Shown here: one piece after another, positions 13,136-25,340 of the stretch
Layout: the number at the start of each line of letters is the position of its first letter
How positions within the stretch are numbered: position 1 is the stretch's first letter
Assembly (NCBI RefSeq): GCF_006345805.1
Contig: NC_042999.1
Coordinates: 79,608,001 to 79,672,000, forward strand
Length of the DNA: 64,000 nt
From: Octopus sinensis
Lineage: Eukaryota
Direction: 5' to 3'
The notes under the pieces: generated by a model
What the model was told of the DNA's origin: nothing
Databases searched by the model: none
Seen by the model: only the letters and a program-made list of their open reading frames with translations
Translations under genes and position numbers: made by a program

Positions 13136-13480
13136 AAATAGAGAGACGTTTTTGTTTCACTTTTAACACGTAATACTGAAATAGTGGAGAAGATATGATA
13201 TTGCTATGGGCTTGCTCTAGGCAAGAAGTTGAAACTACATGGACCCTAAGTAAGGCATATGTAAAATTTGAATGGAATTGGTTGTGTAGTTCTCAAGTTT
13301 TAGGGAATCGTAGCGGAGAAGATATGATATTGCTGTGGGCTCGCCCTAGGCAAAAAGTTCCGGACCCTAGGTAAGGCATGTGTAAAATTTGAACGAAATT
13401 GGTTGTGTAGTTCTCAAGTTTTAGGGAAACAGACAGACAGACAGACAGACACACATTCTCAGTTTTATATATATAAAGAT
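13136..13480 (+). mobile_element. HINE-like element (second family) with a 129-bp internal tandem duplication
   Basis: Units start at 13182 and 13311 (tagtggagaagatatg...). The 3' end is (acag)n-cacattctcagttttatatata. Related copies at 31230-31502 and 32520-32670. Confidence 0.7.
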
Positions 13481-13504
13481 ATATACATATATATATATAT
13501 GTGT

Positions 13505-14185
13505 TAAGAAAACGAAGATCATGTCAACAGTAGCCACAACAAGCATCAACATCAAGATCGATAATGAAGAGATCGAAGTGGTTGATGATTTCATCTTCCT
13601 TGGCTCCAAAATAAATCGAGATGGTGACTGCACTCCAGAAATAAGACGGCGGATAGTACTAGGCAGAGAGGCAATGGTCAGCATGAGCAGGGTCTGGAAG
13701 AGTAGAGACATCAGACTCGCTACCAAATGCAGATTGCTGAATGCAATTGACTTCCCAATAGCAACATATGGATGCGAGACCTGTATACTAAAGAAAGCTG
13801 ACCAGAAGAGAATTAATGCATTCGAGCTTTGGTGTTCGAGAAGACTTTTACGGATTCCATGGCCAGCGAGGCTCACCAATGGAGAAGTTCTTAAGCAGAT
13901 CAGACCGAAAATGTCGCTGGAGGCTAAGATCACCAAGCATAGATTGGCATATTTCGGTCATATTATGCGGAGAAAATCCCTGGAGAAGGACATCCTGCTC
14001 GGAATTGTCAGTGGCAAGAGAGGGAGAGGCCGACCAAGAACCCGCTGGCTTGATACCATCAAGAGTGATACCAGAATGGACATAGCCAATCTGAAAGAAT
14101 CGGCCCAGGATAGAACTAACTGGAGGACACTGATCCAACGAGTAACCGAGAGTCGACTTCGACTGAGCGGATAGATAGATAGACA
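13505..14185 (+). mobile_element. RTE-clade LINE, 5'-truncated (RT C-terminal 217 aa)
   Basis: IEVVDDFIFLGSKI...EIRRRI...YGCET...INAFELWC.RRLLRIPW...GKRGRGRPRTRW, followed by a (gata)n tail. Confidence 0.92.
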
Positions 14186-14259
14186 TATATGCATATTTAT
14201 ATGTGTGAAAATGCATATATATTTACACCCATAGATATTACTGGCTTTAGTCCTTTTCT

Positions 14260-14304
<45 letters not shown>

Positions 14305-14500
14305 TCTCTCTTCCCCGGTCTTTTTTCTCATTTTACGTACCTTAAATTGTATTCTTCATACAAATCATCATATCTTCGTATCTCAACGGTTTTCTTTTAT
14401 ATTTTCTTTATCCTGTTCCTTACGTTGCATCCCTGTATCTTCTATCTACCTGTTTACCTAACTATATAGGTATGTACGTATGTCTGTGTTTGTGTGTATG

Positions 14501-14538
<38 letters not shown>

Positions 14539-15098
14539 CGCGCGCGCGTGTGTGTGTATTCTCATACATTTACACACATATGCTCCTTTCTGCCTCTGTC
14601 TATCTCTCTCTACTTCTCTCACTCTATCTTTCTGCATCTCCCACTCAAACAACCATCTTATGCTCTTTCACTTCACTCTGTATATATATACAAACTTCTC
14701 CCTGTTTCATTCTGTACAGACCACTTAAGCACCCCCACTTTTCCCCACTGCGCATTTGTTGGGACGTCTAGCGTTTCCTTTCATCTCCAATTTATTAGTT
14801 GTTTATTATTACACAACTATTTTATGGCTTTACAGTTGATATTGTTTCGTGTTACACGTTGTAAATAATGAAACAACAAGAAGACAATCGTCCCTACAAA
14901 CCATCATACGTCCTACGTAAGTACGTACTCACATATATACACATGTACGTAAATACATGGTCATGTATATATACATACACATAAATATTCTTCTATATAT
15001 AAATACATGTGTGTGTATTTATATATATATATAATATATATATACATATATAAAATATACATACATATATATATTATATATATATATATATATTATAG

Positions 15099-15154
<56 letters not shown>

Positions 15155-15496
15155 CATATATGCCAATAGCTTGAGGTACACGTTCATACAGGTATTCCAG
15201 CATGCATACACGTATATACACACAAGCTTGAATGTCATTCAATACACAGAGCTATACAATCACACGAGCATAGCCATAGCCATAGCCAAGATAAATACAT
15301 AGATAAATACATTATATGCATATATTGCTATATACTAAAATGGCAATTAATCGACTACGAATTCTACAGATAGATGATTGACTTCCTTTTCCGAAAAGTA
15401 TTATAAATACATAACCATGTTCCTGTAGAAATATAAGTAAATAGGCGCACGGGTATATTGGTATCAGTAACAATGAAGGTATATATATATATATAG

Positions 15497-15544
<48 letters not shown>

Positions 15545-15560
15545 TATGTATATATATATA

Positions 15561-15607
<47 letters not shown>

Positions 15608-15704
15608 ATATATTTATATATATATGTATATGCACACACATATATACATATACACACACACACAACACACACACATATATATATGTATCCTTTTATTAAT
15701 TTAT

Positions 15705-16045
15705 TTGTTTGGAATTTGATTGCGGCGATGCTGGAGCACTGCCTTTAGTCGAACAAATCGACCACAGGACATTTTCTTGGTAAGTTTAGTACTTATACTA
15801 TCGGTCTCTTTTCGCCGAAGAGCTAGTTTACGGGGACTTAAATACACAAACATCGGTTGTCAAGCGATGGAGGGGGCACAAACGCAGACACAAATATATA
15901 TATATACGACTGCCTTCTTTCAGTTTCTCTCTACCAAATCCACTCACAAGGCTTTGGTCGGCCCGAGGTTATAGTAGAAGACACTTGCCCAAGTTGCGAC
16001 GCAGTGTGATTGAACCCGGAACCATGTGGTTGGTAAGCAAGTTAC
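15705..16045 (-). mobile_element. SINE family A
   Basis: Reverse-complement match to the consensus. Confidence 0.85.
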
Positions 16046-16289
16046 TTTATTTCAAAAATTTTGCCATAGAGGCATGATACAGAGTAGCTTGCGGGCTGGA
16101 CAAAGACATTGATGAGATGAATGATGATAAGGATGATATTAATGGGAGAAGAGAAAAAACACGCGCCAATTTTCTGCCTCTCTAAAACTTTAGTCTCTTC
16201 TGTTTTTTTTTCCACAGAAAAAGACAAAACGAGGTAATGTATCTCTTACTTTAGTTTTACAATTTTTGGACTAATAGTCCATTTAAGAA

Positions 16290-16885
16290 TTGGGCGTTAA
16301 GCCTCTTAAACACAATGGCATGCAATAAACATTAAATATTATAACACTGAGGCTTTTCAACCTCTTGTCATTATTCTTCCTCAACATCGCTTGTTCCCGT
16401 ATACTCCACCCCCACACGCCTCATTCAAGACCAAGGCGGGATCCGAGCCGGCGTCGCCCGACCACAAGCAATATTCCTCATTGAGTCCCTGCAGCCTAAA
16501 CCGCACAGCCACCGTTATGATCTCCACAGATATCTACGGAGGCCATTCGGGATCCTGTGTGAAGGTTAAAGGTACTCTCTTATGGTGCTTTTCCACAACC
16601 TCTTCAACCTCTCCGCCTCTGTAGAAGAAAACCAATAGTTCCTCTTCCTCCGGGTTCGAGGTAGTCAATTCCACCGTTGGCGGCACAGTTCACCCCCTAA
16701 CGGTGTCGCTTCCCCTGCCGGTGGCACAATTCCTACCGACAAGGTTCCGGGACATTCCGGTGCTATGTCACCGACTGCCGGCAATGTCCCGTTTCTCTTC
16801 CTTTTCCTCTTTTTTCCCTCTCAACTGATGGAGGGTGCGTCTCCTCCGTAACCGGGAGATTCACCTCTCCTCCCTCATCCCCAGG
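16290..16885 (-). mobile_element. Probable degraded LINE ORF1 / ORF1-ORF2 junction
   Basis: GC-rich island with an E/G-rich, stop-interrupted reading on the minus strand. No diagnostic motif. Confidence 0.3.
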
Positions 16886-16951
16886 ATTGTAAGTAAGCTA
16901 CTTACCACACAGCTACACCTGCGCCTATATAAATATGTGTGTGTATGTGTG

Positions 16952-16982
<31 letters not shown>

Positions 16983-18519
16983 GGATATGCTCAATCACCT
17001 ACCGAATACTATAAACAAAAACACCATACTGGTATCCTTCGATGTAGTCAACCTCTACTCCAATATCCCCCACAACCTAGGACTAGAGGCAATTCAATTC
17101 TGGCTAGAGAATCACGCCAACGAACTCCCACATCGCATCAAAAAGGAATTCGTGATAGAAGGGGTTAAATTCATCCTGGAAAATAACTTCTTCGCCTTCA
17201 AAGACAACTTCTACCGACAAAAATCGGGCACTGCGATGTGTACACGAATGGCCCCCTCCTTTGCCAACCTAGTCATAAGATATCTTGAAATCAGTCTGTA
17301 TCGTAAGGTTCTAGAAAGATATGGCAGCCCTTTCTCCATCTACATAGAAAACAACTGGAAGAGATATCTAAATGACTGTTTCATTCTTTGGCGTGAAAAT
17401 TTAGAGAAACTCAAAGAATTCCAAGAAATTTTAAATGGACTGGACGTAAACATCCAATTCACGATGGAATATAGCCAGCAACAACTTCCCCTCCTAATAA
17501 TGTAATAGAAACAGACATATATTATAAGCCTACAGATTCTAAGCAATATCTTCCATTCAATTCATGCCACTCCAGACACACCAGGATGAATATCCCCTTC
17601 AATCTAGCAAAAAGGATATGCACTATAGTTTATAATGCAAACACCAGAGACACACGACTACAAGAACTAAAAGATACCCTTATCACCAGGAACTACCCAC
17701 CTTCACTTATTGACATATGCATTCAACGTGCCCTTCAACTTAACATCCAGGAACTGAGACATCCCAAATCAAAGAAAAACTTACGACCAAAAGCCTTACC
17801 ATACATCTCCACACACAACCCTCTCAACAATTAAGCCTTCGGCACCATCCTCCAAAACATACCCCTCCTAAAAAAAGACCACAGAATGAACACAATCCTC
17901 CAAACACACACGATCATAAAAAGCAAGAGACAGCCTAAATCATGAAAAGTCTCCTAACACAAGCCCGAATACACTCTTCAACACAGAAGCCGACAGTAAA
18001 AAAATGTGAAAGACCCAATTGCGGGATATGCGATTATCTAATTGAGGGATCAGAGTTCTCCTTCAAACAGGGACAACGGTTTACAGTGAAAAGCAACTTC
18101 ACATGCGCTTCGGAGAACCTGATATACACACTAACCTGCTCTGGGTGTCAAGAGCAGTACATAGGCCAAACAAAAAATTCCCCAAAACAGAAAAATAGCT
18201 TTCAGCCAACACATAGATACTTGCGCCAACAACAAAACACCAGGTTTCAGGATTTTCCCCCTCTACCAATTTAGGGACGATACAACCTCGAGACAACGAA
18301 TAAGTAAAGAAACCCTCTTTATTACAAAATACAGGCCACTTCTTAACGGGTCTACGACAAACGATTAATGCACCTCAGCTTTAGAACAACAGAAATACAC
18401 AAGCAAATATTACATTCCAAAGAATCCATTACAAATCAGCCCCAATCACAGCTATAATCCATATCGTGCCAACTTCAAGTCATACAACACCTCACTACTT
18501 CCACTCATTCATATTCTCC

Positions 18520-18720
18520 CTTCTCTTCTTCTTCTTCTTCTTCTTCTTCTTCTTCTTCTTCTTCTTCTTCTTCTTCATCATCATCATTATCATCATCATC
18601 GTCATCATCATCATCACCATCTTCATCATCTTCTTCTCCTTCTCATTTCCCTTCTTCTTCTTCTTCTTCTTCTTCTTCTTCTTCTTCTTCTTCTTCTGCT
18701 CCACCTTCTACTTCTTAACT
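18520..18720. repeat. (TTC)n/(ATC)n compound microsatellite in the PLE 3' UTR
   Basis: Direct reading. Confidence 0.9.
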
Positions 18721-19042
18721 TTATCAGTAATGCTTTTTAGTATAACACCATAAACAAACCTTTCAATAGAAATATTCTTCTGAATTGAACTGCAATGCTA
18801 GCCGTCACTGACCATTCAAAATACGACATTCAAGGCACTCCCAAATTTTTCCACCTTCTCCTCATCAACCTTCTTCTCTTCTACCCTACCAAGAATTCAC
18901 AATGACTCGAACACAAAGTGCAAACAAGAGAGAAGAGAAAGGAAGGCAGAAAGAAGGAAAATGCCACTTATATTTGAACACATGCAAATATTCCTTTAAA
19001 AAAACTTTTCTTTTTTTTTTTCTAAATTTAATTATTTAATCG

Positions 19043-19086
19043 TTACAGTTGAAAAGGTCTCAAAATGACCGAAACCGGTACTGAAA
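19043..19086 (+). ncRNA. Degenerate minimal hammerhead ribozyme at the PLE 3' end
   Basis: cag-TTGAAAA-ggtc(tcaaaat)gacc-GAAAC-CG-GTA-ctg: stem II is perfect, stem III is palindromic (ACCGGT), and the core is mutated. Confidence 0.55.
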
Positions 19087-19364
19087 TGTTCTTTATAAAA
19101 ATTTTAGCATTTTCTATCTGACTTATTTTTTCATATATATATATATATTATATATATATATATATATATACATACATGAGATTTCTCGTACAGTTGACAC
19201 TTAGTTCTGCTCAAAAGATTCAAACTTAGACACGGATGTCTTCACAAAGGATCATTTCAATAGAAATTGTAAGAGGGTTCGAGATAAGCGAGTATAGAGG
19301 CAGTTATGCGGATAAACAAATTAGACACATCAAATATATTAAATATATTCTTTTCTACTCTAGG

Positions 19365-19500
19365 CACAATGCCCGAACTTTTTCCGTAATTTGAACTTAG
19401 AACATAAAGACATTTCGGCCTGCGTGCTGGCGATTCTGCCAGTTCACTGCCTTAATCATTTTGCCCAGCGTGCTAACGTTTCTACTAGCTCGCCGCCTTA
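19365..19500 (-). mobile_element. SINE family B fragments
   Basis: gctaacgtttctactagctcgccgcctt. Confidence 0.6.
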
Positions 19501-19530
19501 ATATATTAAATACATTAAATACAAAATATG

Positions 19531-20672
19531 TTTTGGGTCATCCCATAAATAATGTGCTCTTTTCAATTGCATGAAACTTTCAGACGATTAAATTTTATGC
19601 ATGAATATATAGATATTTATATTAACAAGTCCAACTTAAAACACAGAGTACAAAGGACAGAGAAAATTAAAATCAAGTGTTATAAGTCCAACATCTGTTT
19701 CTGGAGGCTCAGCGACCCATAATAATGTTGGTGGATTTAGTCCATCACAATATGTGGACGTATAGATGCAATTAATACTGGATGAGATGAGCCTCCGCCA
19801 TCAGGGTAGATAAGATCTTAACTTTGAGATCTTAATGCAGAGCCTTCAAAGATGGAATGATTAAATGTGGAGAACTAGCTGCATTGGAGGAGGGACTGAG
19901 GGGTAGTAAGACAGATAATGGTGAGGGGAGAAAAAATAGTCCAAGAGGAGTGACCGGTTAATAATGAGGGCGCTAAGGTATGTAGTAGTAGAGGTGGAGA
20001 GTAAGAAGAGTAATAGGAAGGTAGGGTAGTGTTTGAATGGTAGTCTGTTGTGTCGTGTTCTGATGACGGAGGTTCGTCTCGTTCAATGTGAATTGTATTC
20101 GTACATTTGTGATGAACTAAATCCACCAACATCACTATTGGTTGCCGAGCCGCTAGAAGCAGTTGTTGGACTTATAATAGCTTTCTTCCACCCCTTTAAT
20201 TTTCTATCTCGTTTGTACTTTGTGTATGTGGACCAATTATTATAAATATCTATATATTATATACATAAAAAATCATCCGAAAGTTTCTACCTTTTCTCAT
20301 TTTGCAGGTATACATATATATCCAGGTTGAGTAAAAAGGAAGCAACGTTTTAAACCATGAAGAATTTGTACCAGGGTTTTGCAGATGTTTGAATTCCTTT
20401 TAAACATTTTTTTTTTGCAATAGTCTGATAATAGACACAGACTTGCCCAAATGGATCAATAAATTAACATTGATATTTATTTCACCGTTGTTACAGTCAT
20501 CTGAAATGGAACTGTCAAGCATCTTGATGGTTTCCTGCGAGAGAAGGAATTCAAAAATCGAACCGATGCTGAAAGTGCATCAGCTCTGGGACTCCAGATA
20601 TTTATGTTACCTGAATAAACAAGCTTTAACTCATTGGAAAAAATGTGTTGATTGCAATGCTACATACTTTAA
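19531..20672 (+). mobile_element. Mariner relic (TIR-like 5' stub and transposase C-terminus), interrupted
   Basis: ttgggtcatcccataa at 19531. The region 20510-20670 encodes HLDGFLREKEFKN...WKKCVDCNATYF, typical of a mariner C-terminus. Confidence 0.65.
19573..20287. repeat. Inverted repeat with ~230-bp arms (19573-19804 and 20060-20287)
   Basis: Arms align from gaaactttc(a/g)ga(c/t)gatt through ttataagtccaac and gttggtggatttagt to cctccg(c/t)catcag. Confidence 0.8.
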
Positions 20673-20965
20673 TACAGTTCTATACTTAAGAGATGAGGAA
20701 TTATGTACATTATTTACATTATTTACATTTGACGGATATTTGTCCTCATCATGTTTGTTGTTAAAACAACGTTTCGGCTGATATACCCTCCAGCCTTCAT
20801 CAGGTGTCTTGCGAAAATTTCGAACCTGGGTTCTCATTCCTAACGTATTTTTCGATGTTATTATTATTTTGTTGTTGCTGTTGTTGTTATTATTATTCAG
20901 GTCACTGCCTGGAATCGAACTCGGAGTCTTGGGGTTAGTAGCCCGCGCTCTTAACCACTATGCCC
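20672..20965 (-). mobile_element. tRNA-headed SINE-like family C carrying a hammerhead motif
   Basis: A box tagtggttaag, B box gttcgattc, (aat)n spacer, hammerhead, then a tgtaaataa-repeat tail. Second copy at 57455-58275. Confidence 0.8.
20763..20808 (-). ncRNA. Minimal type I hammerhead-like motif
   Basis: gacac-CTGATGA-a-ggctg(gagggtatat)cagcc-GAAAC-GTT-gtttt. Confidence 0.65.
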
Positions 20966-21114
20966 ACAGACATATAGCGCAGTGGTTTAGAGCGCAGGGA
21001 GTTTGCATGGCAACTTTGAGTTTGCTCAATTGAAAGGCGTAGCCTCCAGGGAAAAATTCCTCATCTTTGAAATGTGGCCCGAGTAGACCCGAATGAAATC
21101 GGGTTGTAATACTA

Positions 21115-21158
<44 letters not shown>

Positions 21159-21159
21159 A

Positions 21160-21392
21160 ACGCGCCCTTTTAAAGCCTAGCCAGGATCATAGGCCCGGTT
21201 TCCCGCTTTCTATGGCGCATGTGTTCTCCAGATGAACGGGACGCGAGTCCATCGCAGCGTTACACATTTTTGCCAACGTGAAATGAAGTGTTTTGCTCAA
21301 GAACGCAACACATCACCCGGTCCAGGAATCGAAACCACAATCTTACGATCATGGTGCTGACACCCTAATCACTAATCCATGCGCCTCCACGC
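21160..21392 (-). mobile_element. tRNA-derived SINE with a Meta-domain-like core
   Basis: Reverse complement reads ggaggcgcatgg...ttgagcaaaacacttc...gcgatggactcgcgtcccg. Confidence 0.65.
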
Positions 21393-21431
21393 ATACACAC
21401 ACACACACACACGCACACACACACACACACA

Positions 21432-21470
<39 letters not shown>

Positions 21471-22017
21471 TATATATAATTTTGATTTTTTTAAGGGAAA
21501 CGTTTTGAATACGCACATAAAACTCATTTTCCATCATGCTGGTTATAGTTTAACGATGCTGAATGGCGAACCAGTTTTTGGGGTTGCATCGCGCTTTACC
21601 AATATAAGATAAATATAATAATAATAGCAATGATCCTTGGATGGAATTTATAAACACTTAACTCATCGCTACGCGCGTTTTCACAGTTCACCTGTCTCCT
21701 AAGATTACAGTCCGTATTCCTGGGATGATTACAGTGCAGTCCGTATTATCCGTGGGTATCACGTTGATCATCTTTATGAATTCATTTCTTCAGGAGGTAC
21801 AACATTAATGGATGTTCAACAGTAGGATGTTTATCCGTTTGGCCAAGACGAAGGCTGATTGAGTTATGTGGGTATTTCTTTGTGTACTTGGTGGGGAGGA
21901 GGGGGAGGTGATGGAAAAAGAGGAAGAATGATAGTTATAGGGGGATGGAGATGTGTTGTGGCAATGTCGGACTTAGTTTGCTATTCAATATATATATATA
22001 TATATATATATATACAC

Positions 22018-22315
22018 TCTTTACTCTTTTACTTGTTTCAGTCGTTTGACTGTGGTCGCTAAGTTACGGGGACGTAAACACACCAGCATCGGTTGTCAAA
22101 CGATGTTCGGGGGACAAACACAGACGCACATACATTTATATATGCATATATACGACGGGCTTCTTTCGGTTTCCGTCTACCAAATCCACTTACAAGGCTT
22201 TGGTTAGTCCGAGGCTATAGTAGAGGACAGTTGCCCAAGATGCTACGCTGTGGGATTGAACCCGGAACCATGTAGTTCGTAAGGAAGCTACTTACCACAC
22301 AGCCACTCCTACGCC
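22018..22315 (-). mobile_element. SINE family A, internally deleted
   Basis: Reverse-complement match. Confidence 0.8.
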
Positions 22316-22414
22316 TATATATAAATGATGAATGAGGAGAATCGAGAAATAGAATAAGAGGGAAAAGCTGTGACGAAAGTATTATTTGCATAACGCCTGA
22401 AAGAATTGAAAGCA

Positions 22415-22453
22415 TTCTTTAATGTTTCAGACGGTAGCCTTTCGTCAGAAAAA
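22415..22453 (-). ncRNA. Minimal hammerhead-like motif
   Basis: ttttt-CTGACGA-a-aggc(tacc)gtct-GAAAC-ATT-aaaga; G16.2 is replaced by A. Confidence 0.5.
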
Positions 22454-22621
22454 TTAAAACGGAGAAAATTTGGTGAACAGAAGGGAAGAGAGGCTAGGTG
22501 GTCACAATGGGAAATCCTTTGTTTTTATTTTGCGGAATGAAAGCCACAAGATGAACAGTAGCAATAATAGAAATAATACCGACTCCCCATCTTTACGACT
22601 TCCACTATCGTCAACGATATT

Positions 22622-22778
22622 GTGTGGTAAGTAGCTTGCTTACCAACCACATGGTTCTGGGTTCAGGCCCACTGCGTGGCATCATGGGTAAGTGTCTTCT
22701 ACTATAGCCTCGGGCCGACCAAAGCCTTGTGAGTGGATTTGATAGACGGAAACCGAAAAGAAGCCCGTCGTATATATG

Positions 22779-22809
<31 letters not shown>

Positions 22810-22988
22810 TTGTATTTGTCCCCCAACATCACTTGACAACCGATGCTGGTGTGTTTACGTCCCCGTAACTTAGAGACCGATAGAATAAGTACAACGCTTA
22901 CAAAGAATAAGACCTTGGGTCGATTTGCTCGACTAAAAGGCGGTGCTCCAGCATGGCCGCAGTGAAATGACTGAAACAAGTAAAGAGA
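22622..22988 (+). mobile_element. SINE family A
   Basis: Head-to-tail match to the consensus. Confidence 0.85.
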
Positions 22989-23029
22989 GAGTGTATAACA
23001 AAGGAAACAGCAAGTCCACCTTCGAATCA

Positions 23030-23369
23030 CCATATGTACAGCAACAACAACAACAACAACAACGACCACAACTATTCATACTGCCACCATCACCATCACC
23101 TTCACCATCGCCACCACTATCACTACAACTACTACAGCCACCTTCGTTATGATGATAAACATTATCATGATGATCATCGTCACCATCATTTTACAACATT
23201 GACAACAATATTAAATAAAGGTTTAATGCAATCATTATTGCTGTTTTCTCACTGGTCTTAGCTATACGTATTATCAAATATTCATGGGATATTGTAAATA
23301 TTTGATGATCCTTTCTACCCACTCTCCTCTGGTGTTGATAATGTGGCATTCGGAGAAATTGCTGTTCAC

Positions 23370-23400
<31 letters not shown>

Positions 23401-23938
23401 CTTCTTCTTCTTCTTCTTCTCTTCTTCTTCTCCTTCTTCTCCTTCTTCTTCTTCTTCTTCTTCTTCTTTTTCTTGTTGTTGTTGTTGTGTTGTGTTGTTG
23501 TTCTTCTTCTTCTTCTTCTTCTTCTTCTTCTCCTCCTCCTTCTTCTTCTTCTTCTTCGTCTTCTTTTTCTTGTTTTTGTTGTTGTTGTTGGTGTTGTTGT
23601 TGTTGTTCTTGTTCTTGTTCTTGTTGTTCTTCTTCTTCTCCTTCTTCTACTTCTTCTTCTCCTCCTCCTCCTCTTCCTCCTCCTCCTCCTCCTCCTCCTC
23701 CTCCTTCTTCTTCTTCTTTTTCTTGTTGTGGTTGTTGTTGTTGTTCTTCTTCTTCTCCTCCTCCTCCTCCTCCTTCTTCTTCTACTTCTTCTTTTCCTTC
23801 TTCTAGTCGTCCTCCCTTCCCATCCTTCTCTTCCACCTTCAAGCCATTACCCTCCTCTTCCTCCTCATCGTCATCATTATTATCATTGTTCATGTTGTTG
23901 TTGCGCTAGTTGTGGTGGCGATCCTTCTTCTTCTTCTT

Positions 23939-24007
<69 letters not shown>

Positions 24008-24030
24008 CATTATTATTATTATTGATAGTG
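23030..24030. repeat. Compound trinucleotide array (CAA/CAC/CAT, then CTT/GTT/CCT/ATT)
   Basis: Direct reading. It produces spurious homopolymer ORFs. Confidence 0.95.
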
Positions 24031-24884
24031 GGTTGCGCGATGACAATGATGGACAGATGGACACAGATGCTGAAGTCAATTTGATAACGACTTCTTGATG
24101 AAGACACGGGTATTGTTTTTATACTTATTTATAGTTGCTGTAGTTGGCGTCGTCATCATCGTTTCTGGTCCTATTATGATATCGCTTTCGTTGTCGCTGT
24201 TGTTCTTATTGCAGTCCATTGCCATCGTCGTCGTCGCTGTGGTTGTTGTTGTTGTTGAAGTGACAATGTATTAAGAAAACGAAGCAGGAAAAATAGTTTG
24301 TAAACGTGTTTAATTTAAGGCGGGAACATTGCCAAAAAAGTAGAAAAGTACAAACAACTAAAACAATCAATATCCTAAAAGAAATAAAATATACAAAAAA
24401 AACAAACAAATTACATAAAAATTTAAGGTCGTTTTTCATATTGCTTTAATCTTGAGTAAAAAATAACAAAAATACCACGTTTGTCAAAATGGCCGCCTTA
24501 GAAGAATGTCGCCACTAAATGTTTTTAGAATATTTATTCCTTTCTTCTCGCTGGATATGGAGTTCAAATCCCGCCGGGATTGGTTTTGGTTTACAATTTC
24601 ATTACAATAATTTGCTGATACAATTAATTAAAGCAAACGAATTTTTACATTAAAATATTCATCCTATTTGCAAATAAGGAAAGCCCTGCCAAAAGGCACC
24701 GGTTTGACAGATATGATAGATTAGCGGACTTAACGTTTATGAATAGTTGTGACGGTCACTTCGTTCTAAATCGCAGCTTCTGTAAGCAAAATAACAATGG
24801 CATACTCAAGACATTTTCAGACTTTAGTCGATTAAACATACTCTGTGAAATCTTGACTAATTTCGTCGCAATATTTAATATCGT

Positions 24885-25340
24885 CAAGGCGGCGAGCTGG
24901 CAGAATCGTTAGCACGCCGAGTAAAATGCTTTGCAACATTTCGTCCGTCTTTATGTTCTGAGTTCAAATCCCACCGGGGTTGATATTGCCATTCATCCTT
25001 TCGTGGTCGATAAAATAAGTACCAGTTGAGTATTGGGGGTCTATCAAATCGAATTGCCCGCTCCCTCGAAATTGCTGGCCTTGTGCCAAAATTTGAAATC
25101 AATATTCAATATCGTTAAGGTGGCGAGCTGGCAGAATCGTTAGCACGCCAGGCAAAATACTTATCAACATTTGATTCGTCTTTACGTCCTGAGTTCAAAT
25201 CCTGCATGCCGTTGACTTCGCTTTCATCCTTTCGGGGTCGATAAAATAAGTACCAGTTGAATACTGGGTCAATGTAATCGACCAAAACTTTCAACCCGAA
25301 ATTACTGGCCGTGTGCCAAAATTTGAAACCAATTTTTAAT
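24885..25340 (+). mobile_element. Two tandem SINE family B copies (gtgccaaaatttgaaa tail)
   Basis: Copies at ~24885-25110 and ~25115-25340. Confidence 0.85.

Larger units (their letters stand above)
16985..19090 (+). mobile_element. Penelope-like element, 5'-truncated: RT, thumb, CxxC linker, GIY-YIG endonuclease, 3' UTR
   Basis: ILVSFDVVNLYSNIPH, QKSGTAM.TRMAPSFANL, WKRYLNDCF, CERPNCGICDYL and NLIYTLTCSGCQEQYIGQT, with stops and frameshifts. Confidence 0.92.

Noticed and set aside
13182-13430. Repeat-spacer or CRISPR-like array
   Set aside because: It is a simple two-unit tandem duplication inside a HINE in eukaryotic DNA, with no unique spacers or cas genes.
23284-24084. 266-aa Leu-rich, 188-aa Ser-rich and 175-aa Glu-rich ORFs
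   Set aside because: They are overlapping frames of one trinucleotide array, with no domain content.
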